From Leptolyngbyaceae cyanobacterium (GTDB lineage Bacteria > Cyanobacteriota > Cyanobacteriia > Phormidesmidales > Phormidesmidaceae), in NCBI GenBank assembly GCA_050331235.1, contig JBHJHA010000035.1:32001-96000 (forward strand): a stretch of 64,000 nt of DNA, in the 5' to 3' direction. The translations under genes and the position numbers were made by a program. Every line of letters begins with the position of its first letter. Within the stretch, counting starts at the first letter, position 1. Shown piece after piece: positions 42,928 through 52,962 of the stretch. The notes below the pieces were generated by a model. That model had not been told where the DNA came from, searched no databases, and worked only from the letters and a program-made list of their open reading frames with translations.

Positions 42928-43031
42928 GCGGCTATCCCTTCGCGCAAGATCGTTTGCAGGAAAGGGCTGGCCGATCGCGGGCTGGCTTCAAACTGCTGAC
43001 GAGTATATTTGACGGTGGCAATCAGCACGTT
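42924..43031 (-). pseudogene. C-terminal remnant of a minimal nucleotidyltransferase (MNT antitoxin)
   Basis: NVLIATVKYTRQQFEASPRSASPFLQTILREGIAA*; its stop overlaps the HEPN start (ATGA); no N-terminal GS/DxD part. Confidence 0.65.
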
Positions 43032-43115
43032 GACTACGATGAAGTCGATCTCGATGACGTTTGGGGAGTTATTCAGAGAGATCTGCCGCAACTATTGACT
43101 GATATAGAGCCTTGA
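43032..43115 (+). pseudogene. C-terminal remnant of a DUF86/HepT-like RNase toxin
   Basis: DYDEVDLDDVWGVIQRDLPQLLTDIEP* matches the DUF86 C-terminus; the upstream R-x4-H part is missing. Confidence 0.65.
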
Positions 43116-43374
43116 GTCGTGTCTGAGCAGACCTGAGATCGCCCTTACCATTCCTGACAGTGCGATCGTGCTGCTCGGGTTTGCGGTGGAGTGGAGATGA
43201 GATCGCGGGAGAAGATATCCGCGCCACCCAATTACTATTGTGATTGACGATGGCTCTTGTTTTCGCTGACTCAATCTAGCCTACGGCGATTTGCGATCGC
43301 ACTAAAAACAATCGATCAGGAATCTGGAGCAATTAGATAAATATAATGACTTAGAGTTACTAAATTTTGATTTG

Positions 43375-44568
43375 ATGAATCCAGACAAACTCAAAAGGCT
43401 CCTGAAGCAGATAGAGACAATAGCTAACTTTGAGTCAAACCAGCGGCATAAGGAAATTCAAGAAACCGCTGATCGAAAGAAAGTCCTCCATGATCTAGAA
43501 AAAGAATGGGGAGACAAGTTTTCGGTAAACTCTATAAATAAAAGGCTATCAACTTTAATTAAAATAGCTGCCTCTGAAGGATCTAAAGCTTTAATAGATT
43601 CTCTCAAAACTGAGGATGAGTATTACAAAAATCTTAAAGATAATCAATCCGTATATGTACCTGTGGGTGGGATTGAAATAATAGATCTTGATCATCTTGA
43701 ACTTGGAAATATTCGCCTTGAATAAATTCAAGGAGATAAGCTTGAACATATTCTTCAAAGAATGCACTCTATCACTCGCTTAACTATCCATACAGACAAA
43801 GAGAAAGACTGGATAGTGAAGCAAGATAGAGAAGAAATAACCAGCATTTTTAGCGGAAAGGTTAGCTCTAACTATGAGATTATTGCAGAACCTGATAGAG
43901 CTATGGAGATAGCAGTTCTTGAAACAAGTCGTTCCCTTGAATTATTGCGATATTCAATTTGGGCTGTTCATCCTAACGGAGCACAAAGAATAGATGTTGG
44001 GTTAATGAGTGACACTCTCAAAGGGCGACGAAATGCAATAGCTTTATCCGAAACACAGTTTCTTAGCAGATGGAAAAGAACGACTTTACCCTTGCGAATT
44101 GAACCAAGTACAATGCATAAGCTTCGAAACGCAGGCGTTTTTAAGTTATCGAATATTATGAAGAAATCGAATAAGACCAACTTAGAAACATGTCTATTGA
44201 GATTTTTACATTGGATTTCCGATTCCTATTCCCAAACAGAAATGGAGAATCAACTTGTGTCTCTTTTGGTTGGATTAGAGGCAGTTTTCGGATCTGGAAA
44301 TAACTCTGTAGGATTTGGATCTGCAATGATGATAGGTGAGAGTTTAAGTGACAGAAAAAAAATAAAAGAAAAGGTTTCTGTTCTTTACAAATATAGAAAC
44401 GGAGTAGTTCACGGCAGTAAAAATAATTTGATTGTTGTAGAGGATGTCCATTACCTGCGTAATATAACAATGAAATTGATGATTAATATTCTTGAACTGA
44501 TAGATGTACAACAACTCAAGTCAACTGGAGATTTAAAGGAACTTATACAAGAGAGACAGTTATCTTAG
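43375..44568 (+). pseudogene. ApeA-like HEPN domain protein interrupted by an in-frame TAA at 43723-43725
   Basis: ORFs 43372-43725 and 43762-44568 share one frame with 12 sense codons between them; LVGLEAVF and LYKYRNGVVHG (R-x4-H); AT-rich (18/60 G+C at 43501-43560). Confidence 0.75.
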
Positions 44569-44631
44569 TACGATTACCCCTCTACATTAATTTAATTGAT
44601 GCCAGGAAGTCGAAAAAACAAAAGGCAATCG

Positions 44632-44680
44632 GAGATCGCCCTGCGGACGGGCTAATGCTAAAGCAATGGGAATTTGAAAC
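44632..44680 (+). repeat. HIP1-anchored degenerate repeat, copy A
   Basis: 36 of 49 aligned positions identical to 45544-45590. Confidence 0.55.
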
Positions 44681-44701
44681 GATGGGAGTGGGGAGCGATT
44701 T

Positions 44702-45124
44702 TTATTCAGGAATCTTTAGCAGCTTGGCTTCAAAGAGCAAATAGCGTTCCGCAACCCTTTCAGGGCGATTGAGTTGCAACAATCGCGCCGTGACTCTGCC
44801 GATCGCCGTTAAAGGCAACACTTCTCCGGCGTTGAATTGAAAATGGTCAGTCCAGCGATCTTGGTTAGGCCGATAGAGCCGCACAATTTCCCCATCGTCG
44901 GGGTCAATAGAGGCCACGTCGCTACCTTTGTGTTTATTGCAAAGCGTGCAAGCTAACGCCAAATTGTCTTTGGTTATTTGTCCCCCATGCTTCTCAGAAA
45001 TTACATGATCTACTTCATGGGGCACCAAAACCGCTATTTCAGGTATCAAGCAATATTCACAAGCCGTTTGAGCGCGATCGCGAACGAGTTGCCTTAGCGC
45101 TACCGAGATGTAAGTTTTGCTCAT
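44702..45124 (-). CDS. HNH endonuclease
   Basis: CEYC, VDHVISEKHGG, NLALACTLCNKHKG. Confidence 0.92.
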   Translation of the reverse strand: MSKTYISVALRQLVRDRAQTACEYCLIPEIAVLVPHEVDHVISEKHGGQITKDNLALACTLCNKHKGSDVASIDPDDGEIVRLYRPNQDRWTDHFQFNAGEVLPLTAIGRVTARLLQLNRPERVAERYLLFEAKLLKIPE

Positions 45125-45126
45125 GC

Positions 45127-45480
45127 TTAAGATGCTTGCAAATTGAGCAAAGCCTTGGCTTTAGCCATTCTCACCAAATGCTCAACATATTCATACTGCT
45201 GCCACCAGCGTTCTTCTTCCGGTGTCAATCCAGCCGTCTGATTTTTTTCCAATAACTGGGTAACTTGTTGCTGAAGTGCTGCCGATGGTTGCAACGCCAA
45301 GATTTCCTCAGAAGAAGGTAGGCTTGCCAAAATCTCTAGCACCTCTGCCAATCCAGAGAAACCAGACTGCCCCTGGGCGTTCCATTCGCGCAAGCCCAAT
45401 TCTAGAATTTCTGGCAGCTTGTCTTGTAAAGTACTGAGCCGCAGCGCCAAATCATCTGGAATGTCAACACTAATTTGCAT
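45127..45480 (-). CDS. Small protein upstream of the HNH gene, putative antitoxin/regulator
   Basis: MQISVDIPDDLA ribbon-helix-like N-terminus, PSSEEILAL, LLEKN; 2-nt gap to the HNH start. Confidence 0.7.
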   Translation of the reverse strand: MQISVDIPDDLALRLSTLQDKLPEILELGLREWNAQGQSGFSGLAEVLEILASLPSSEEILALQPSAALQQQVTQLLEKNQTAGLTPEEERWWQQYEYVEHLVRMAKAKALLNLQAS

Positions 45481-45543
45481 GCTTGAGCATTAAAACGACC
45501 AAAGATATTTTCAATACTAGCCCAACTAACGCTATACCCCAGG

Positions 45544-45590
45544 GCGATCGCCTACGGCCAGGCTAGCGGCAATGCAAAGGGATTTGAAAG
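45544..45590 (+). repeat. HIP1-anchored degenerate repeat, copy B
   Basis: GCGATCGCCTACGGCCAGGCTAG...GGGATTTGAAA; aligns with 44632-44680. Confidence 0.55.
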
Positions 45591-45689
45591 GCGATCGCTT
45601 TCAACCCTACCTTTACGTCAGAGTTCGATGGAGCGATCGCCTTTTAGGGCTAGTGTGAAACGGTGGAAGTGTGAAGCGATCTCCCCCTT

Positions 45690-46259
45690 TCACGAATCCC
45701 CACGCGGATTCAAGAGTTGGGCAACACCGATCGCCAAGTCTGGAAATTGGGGCGATTTGAGCGTGTCGTTGCCGGTCAATTCCTGCGCCTCGTATAGGCC
45801 ATCCACCAGCGTCAACACCGTCACCTTGGCGCGGCTGGGGTCAATAATCCAATACTCCCCAATGCCCCGCGCTGCATATTCCGATCGCTTATACCGATAA
45901 TCGCGATCTTCATTCACCTTTCCTGGCGACACCACCTCCACCACTAACAATGGCGCAGGCATCGCTTCCATAATGGTGCTGCGACCTTTAGTCTCCAAAG
46001 CATTGGCTAAATCATCTCCCAGCACCATCAAATCAGGTACACGCACTCGTCCAGCAACCACAAGTTCGGTGTCCATCCGACGTAGCCACCGCAGCGGCAC
46101 ACATGACAAGAGCTGGCTCAATAAAAACAGAGAGACGAGGTTGTTTTGAGGACTCTCTGGCGGCATCTCAATAATTTCTCCGTCCACAAACTCGCAGCGA
46201 TGTTCTGGGCTCTCTTCTAAGCTCAGATAATCTACCAGCGTCAGTTTGGTGGCGACCAT
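45690..46259 (-). CDS. Uma2 family (PD-(D/E)xK) endonuclease
   Basis: EFVDGEI, RVPDLMV, LVVEVVSPG, KRSEYAARGIGEYWIIDP. Confidence 0.92.
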   Translation of the reverse strand: MVATKLTLVDYLSLEESPEHRCEFVDGEIIEMPPESPQNNLVSLFLLSQLLSCVPLRWLRRMDTELVVAGRVRVPDLMVLGDDLANALETKGRSTIMEAMPAPLLVVEVVSPGKVNEDRDYRYKRSEYAARGIGEYWIIDPSRAKVTVLTLVDGLYEAQELTGNDTLKSPQFPDLAIGVAQLLNPRGDS

Positions 46260-46289
46260 GCTCCGGCATCTCCGCAAGCGTCAGCGCTT

Positions 46290-48188
<1,899 letters not shown>

Positions 48189-48670
48189 AGAAGCTGCTCC
48201 TTAAAGATCACGATTTTCGGTCGCTGAGCTCACCGTCAACGCTGACCGGACAGGGCCCAATGCCAAAGTTTGGACGCACAATCGGTCGCTGTCCAATCCA
48301 TCTGGATGTGCATGATACAACTTATTGGCTGGAGTCGCCGTGCGATCGCTGCACCCATGCCCCAAAGCTCTGAGTTGCCGGTTTTGCCCAGTCTGTTCAC
48401 ACTGGCTACCCGATCTCGCTGCGATCAGACTGCGTTAGTCAGGGGTCAATCGAGTTGATCAGGACGCAAACAAACATCGGCCGTGGGATGGTTTAGACCG
48501 TATTTGAGCTTGCTGTGAGGGCAAGACGCGACTGAAGTTCGCCCGTGGATTCAGCTTTCTTCATCAAGATCACCGCCGGGGGTGGCAGCTTTGGCGGAGC
48601 AGACGGGCATTTTGAGAGGGGTGCTCAGGGCAAAAACGAGGGTGTAAAGGTGGGTCTCTAAGGAGCAAAT

Positions 48671-49723
48671 ATGAGTAGCGATCGCATACGGTTGGCGCAG
48701 TTTGGGGTGGGCCGCTGGGGCAATCATCTGTTGAGAAATTTTCTGGCTTTGCCCGCGGTCGACGTAGTGGCAGTGGTAGAGCCGCGCCATGACCAGCATG
48801 GCGCGATTCGCGAGAGGTTTAACTTGGGACCGGCGGTTGACTTAACGACAGATGCGGCCACGGTGCTGACACGCGGGGATGTGGATGCGGTGGCGATCGT
48901 CACGCCTGCAGCGACGCACTATGAGCTCATCAAAACTGCCCTCAAAAATGGCAAGCATGTCTTAGCTGAAAAGCCGCTGACCTTGGATGTGCGCGAGTGT
49001 GAAGAGCTCTGTGAACTCGCAGCCCAGGAAGCACTGCGGTTGATCATTGACCATACTTACCTATTCCATCCGGTGGTGCAGACGGGGCACCAGGTATTGG
49101 CCAAGCAGCCGCTAGGGCCCCTACGCTATGGCTATGCCACGCGCACTAATTTGGGCCCGGTGCGACCCGATGTCGATGCCCTCTGGGATTTGGCGGTGCA
49201 TGATATTGCGATTTTTAATTACTGGTTGGGGGAATTGCCCACTCAGGTTGTGGCCCAGGGGCAGATATGGCTGCAGGGCGATCGCCCTGCAGCTCCCCAT
49301 TTTCCCCAGGGACTTGCCGATGTGGCTTGGCTGCGCCTGGTTTACCCCAGCGGGTTTGAGGCGACAATTCACGTCTGCTGGGCCAACCCGGATAAGCAGC
49401 GGCGATTGGGCATCGTGGGCGATCGCGGCACGCTCATTTTTGATGAAATGCAGCGGGACACCCCCCTGGTTTTACAGCAGGGGGAGTTTGCCCCACAGGG
49501 CCGCTATTATGTGCCCCAGGGATTAGACCGCCAGGCGATCGCCATTCCCGATGGCGAGCCGCTAACAAATGTGTGGCAGCATTTTGTTGATTGTCTGAGC
49601 AAATCGGTGGACTCGCCCGTGTCGTCGGGGCAGGTGGGTGCTGATTTGGTGGAGATTTTGGTGGCGCTCTCTCAGTCCCTCAACCAGGGGGGCCGCCCGA
49701 TTAAAGTGAACGAAGTGGTTTAA
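48671..49723 (+). CDS. Gfo/Idh/MocA family oxidoreductase
   Basis: GVGRWG, KHVLAEKP, DLAVHD; AAGGAG RBS. Confidence 0.92.
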   Translation: MSSDRIRLAQFGVGRWGNHLLRNFLALPAVDVVAVVEPRHDQHGAIRERFNLGPAVDLTTDAATVLTRGDVDAVAIVTPAATHYELIKTALKNGKHVLAEKPLTLDVRECEELCELAAQEALRLIIDHTYLFHPVVQTGHQVLAKQPLGPLRYGYATRTNLGPVRPDVDALWDLAVHDIAIFNYWLGELPTQVVAQGQIWLQGDRPAAPHFPQGLADVAWLRLVYPSGFEATIHVCWANPDKQRRLGIVGDRGTLIFDEMQRDTPLVLQQGEFAPQGRYYVPQGLDRQAIAIPDGEPLTNVWQHFVDCLSKSVDSPVSSGQVGADLVEILVALSQSLNQGGRPIKVNEVV

Positions 49724-49785
49724 CCTTCGACATCCAGGCCGCAGCATGTGCCATCTTGAGAGGGTGTGATCAGAGGAGCAGCAGC

Positions 49786-50916
49786 ATGTTCCAGGGGCTA
49801 TGGACCTGGTTAGAGACGCGATGGGTTGCCCCAGCCTATGCCGGTGGGGTGCTGCTGGGGGTGGCGATCGCCTTTTTTGGGGCAGCGGTCAACAGCATGG
49901 CGGGATGGCTCTATGCCATCAGTGGCGTCATGAGCGCGATCGCGCTGATTAATATTTGGGCATCTCCCCGCAGTCTGCGAGGGGTACAGGTGCAGCGTCA
50001 GCCCATTTGTCCCGTGAGTGTAGGGGAACTGCTCATGGTTGACCTGGAGGTGGAAAATACTACCCCGAGGGCGAAGGTGCTCCTGCAGATTCTCGATCAA
50101 TTACCAGCGGCCTTGGGCCAGCCAGCTGAGCTCTCCATCTCGACGCTATCGGCGCATCAGCATCAGCGCTGGCGTCATACCTGCCATCCCACCCGCCGCG
50201 GCATTTATACCTGGGAAACGGTGAGCTTGCGCACCGCCGCCCCCTTTGGCCTGTTTTGGTGTCAGCGCCAGCGACCCGCTCCGGCCCACGCCACAATTTA
50301 TCCCCAGATCTTGCCCCTGCCCCAATGTCCGCTGATTGACCACCTGGGGGTGGCTTTGGGAGGGCGCTGGCAATCTTCCCGTCAGGCCCAGCAGGCCAGT
50401 CAAGGGTTGACCCGAGCGGTGCGGCCCTATCGCTGGGGCGATCCGACTCGGCTGATCCACTGGCGGACCAGTGCCCGCTACGGTGAGTTGCGGGTGCGTG
50501 AGCTCGAAGAGCAAACGGCTGATAATCAGGTGATTATTGGGCTTGATACCCGCGATCGCTGGACGCCGGCAGCGTTTGAATCCGCCGTGATTGGGGCGGC
50601 CAGTCTCTACATTTATAGCTTGCAGCGGCAGCTCTCGGTGGCGCTTTGGCTACCTGACACGGGCTTGCTCGATCATAAGCACGCCGTTCTCTCGGCCTTG
50701 GCTGAGGTGATGCCAGACCGTCCTCAAACCCAGCGTCTCCCTGCCCAACCTCTGATTTGGCTGGGCGCAGCACCCCCCTCTACCCTGCCCGATGGGAGTC
50801 TCTGGGTGCAGTGGCGAGAGGCCACCAGGGCGCAACCGGACTCCCGCTTGAAGCCGACGTTGACGATTGATCCAGAGCAAGATTTGGCTGAGCAAATGAA
50901 CGCTGAGCTGCGGTAA
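49786..50916 (+). CDS. DUF58 domain protein
   Basis: PFGLF, VRPYRWGD, IHWRTSAR, LRVRELE; N-terminal TM helices. Confidence 0.9.
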   Translation: MFQGLWTWLETRWVAPAYAGGVLLGVAIAFFGAAVNSMAGWLYAISGVMSAIALINIWASPRSLRGVQVQRQPICPVSVGELLMVDLEVENTTPRAKVLLQILDQLPAALGQPAELSISTLSAHQHQRWRHTCHPTRRGIYTWETVSLRTAAPFGLFWCQRQRPAPAHATIYPQILPLPQCPLIDHLGVALGGRWQSSRQAQQASQGLTRAVRPYRWGDPTRLIHWRTSARYGELRVRELEEQTADNQVIIGLDTRDRWTPAAFESAVIGAASLYIYSLQRQLSVALWLPDTGLLDHKHAVLSALAEVMPDRPQTQRLPAQPLIWLGAAPPSTLPDGSLWVQWREATRAQPDSRLKPTLTIDPEQDLAEQMNAELR

Positions 50917-50949
50917 CGCTGTTTAGATATAAGGGGAGACGCCAAATCT

Positions 50950-51417
50950 GTGGGGGTGAGCTACCGTAGCGACACCGATGTCTCAGATGGATGGATGAGT
51001 CCCATGGCCCGACTTAAATCATTGGGGGCAGGTGTACTGCTCCTGTTGGGATTTTGGGGTTTGGGGAGAGCCGCTGACATGGGCCTCAACCGGAATCCCA
51101 ACGTGCTAGAAAAACGCGAGACGATCGCCGCTGGTCTTTTACTCGGCCTACCTGCGACGGTGGGGGGTGGCTGGCTGCTGTGGCACAACCGTCGTCAGCA
51201 GCGGCTGCGACAGGCACAACACCTAAGGGCGACCTTTTTTACGCTGCTGCAGGCAAAACAGGGCAAAATCACGCCATTAGCTCTGGCCATGGCGGCCAAT
51301 GTGGAAGGGGCGATCGCCACCGCGTATCTCCGAGATCGCAGTCTTGACTTTGATGCAACCTTTCAAGTCGATGCGGAGGGCAACGTGGTCTACTGCTTTC
51401 CGGTGGAGACGAGCTAA
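50950..51417 (+). CDS. Hypothetical 2-TM membrane protein
   Basis: Two TM segments and a C-terminal GKITPLALAM...FQVDAEGNVVYCF domain; start uncertain. Confidence 0.65.
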   Translation: MGVSYRSDTDVSDGWMSPMARLKSLGAGVLLLLGFWGLGRAADMGLNRNPNVLEKRETIAAGLLLGLPATVGGGWLLWHNRRQQRLRQAQHLRATFFTLLQAKQGKITPLALAMAANVEGAIATAYLRDRSLDFDATFQVDAEGNVVYCFPVETS

Positions 51418-51500
51418 CTTGAGAGGTTGACTATTCTGACGATGGCTAATATTGGGCTGATCCTGATTTGTGGCTGTCGGACGACAGAGGCTCTAGGAAT

Positions 51501-51611
51501 AATACCCATTCTTTGTAATCGCTACAGATTTAACGATCCCCCGCTGTCGCTGCCCCTTGAAAAAGGGGCTTTGAAGGATCTATGTATAGTCGTGATTTGC
51601 AGGATTCGTAT
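51501..51611. repeat. MITE-like dispersed repeat, copy 2 (inverted relative to copy 1)
   Basis: Reverse complement of 38359-38472; imperfect terminal inverted repeats. Confidence 0.85.
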
Positions 51612-51739
51612 AAAGCCTTGGCTCATCCTCCTGCTTGACCATGGCTCTACTCCTAGCTGACCAGCAGCAAAGAGCCATCCGATCCCAACCCAGTCACCCT
51701 CAAAAGCTTTGATCTCCTACCGATCCTCCCTTCTGCGAG

Positions 51740-51799
51740 GTCCAGGACGGCGGACTCGTCCTGGACGAGGGGGGCTGGGGGAAATCGAAATTCCCCCAG
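51740..51799. repeat. Two adjacent perfect hairpins
   Basis: GTCCAGGACG/CGTCCTGGAC (10 bp) and CTGGGGGAA/TTCCCCCAG (9 bp). Confidence 0.6.
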
Positions 51800-51961
51800 T
51801 CAGCCTGACTGCACCTGATCCGAATTGAGATCGGCCCAGGATGTAACGTCTTCCCTAACAGAATTAGGGTGCTCTCACGGTCGGTGAAGCCGCATTGGCT
51901 TAAGATTGAGCCATTTGCCCGGTTCCTTTGTGGGCAAGTCGATGCTTGCTTTTCCACCGCT

Positions 51962-52438
51962 ATGGCCCATTCATCTCCCCAGCCTCATCCTTTGCTCACA
52001 GCAGCCGCGATCGCTGCGATGCCAGAGGAGACTTTTGTTCATCCGCTCAATGAAAATGCCGTGCGCCATACGCGATCGCTGGCGGCGGCCACAGGCTGTT
52101 TACATCTGGGGGTGCATTTGGTGCGGGTGCTGCCAGGGCACGACTCAACCGCCTATCACCGTCACCGGGGCGAGGAGGAATTCATCTACATTCTTTCAGG
52201 GCGTGGCACCACTACGATTGGGGCGGAAACGTTTGAAGTGCAACCAGGGGACTTTATGGGCTTCCGCCCGGATAGTCCAGCCCATGTCATGCACAACCCT
52301 TTTGCGGAAGACTTGGTGTATCTCGTCGGGGGCTACGACCTCGATTATGACGTGGTGGAGTATCCCCATCATGGAACGCGGATGTATCGTGTGGGCGATC
52401 ATCGTACCTACGAGCCGTTGTCAGGGGACTCAGCCTGA
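51962..52438 (+). CDS. Cupin domain protein
   Basis: PG..STAYHRH..EEEFIYILSGRG, PGDFMGF, AHVMHN. Confidence 0.9.
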   Translation: MAHSSPQPHPLLTAAAIAAMPEETFVHPLNENAVRHTRSLAAATGCLHLGVHLVRVLPGHDSTAYHRHRGEEEFIYILSGRGTTTIGAETFEVQPGDFMGFRPDSPAHVMHNPFAEDLVYLVGGYDLDYDVVEYPHHGTRMYRVGDHRTYEPLSGDSA

Positions 52439-52596
52439 ACTGTTGTGAGTTGAGGGACAGCTTGACAGGATTTTAGGAACAGGATGCCCTGGCTGAAATG
52501 GCAAACGGTGGCCAGGATCGATCATTTGAGGGGGCTGACGATGGGCAAGGGGGCGATCGGGTAGAGTGATGGGTGTTGTCTCAAGGAAAACCCCCA

Positions 52597-52947
52597 ATGC
52601 CGCTCATCAAAGTTCAAACGTCACTTCCCATGCCTGACAAAGCTGAAGTTGAGGCAATGCTCAAGGAACTTTCTAGCAGCTTGGCGTCTCACCTGGGCAA
52701 ACCCGAATCCTATGTGATGACAGCCTTTGAAGGCGATATTCCCATGACTTTTGCCGGTACGACCGAGCCAGTTTGCTTCATCGAGATTAAGAGCGTTGGC
52801 AAAATGGGGACGAAGACCCAGGCCATGAGCAATGATTTTTGCGCCAAGGTTGAGGATGCCTTAGGCGTGCCCAAAAACCGCACCTACATTGAGTTTGCCG
52901 ATGCGGCCGGAGCCATGTGGGGCTGGAACGGCACCACGTTTGGCTAA
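52597..52947 (+). CDS. MIF / phenylpyruvate tautomerase family protein
   Basis: N-terminal M-P (catalytic Pro), GKPESYVM, EIKSVG, MWGWNGTTF. Confidence 0.92.
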   Translation: MPLIKVQTSLPMPDKAEVEAMLKELSSSLASHLGKPESYVMTAFEGDIPMTFAGTTEPVCFIEIKSVGKMGTKTQAMSNDFCAKVEDALGVPKNRTYIEFADAAGAMWGWNGTTFG

Positions 52948-52962
52948 GATGGCATCCGTCTT

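Noticed and set aside
48189..48670. glmS ribozyme or other ncRNA in the long glmS leader
   Set aside because: Only a GTTGACG fragment is present; the AGCGCC core and P2 elements are missing, and no rnpB or c-di-GMP riboswitch consensus was found
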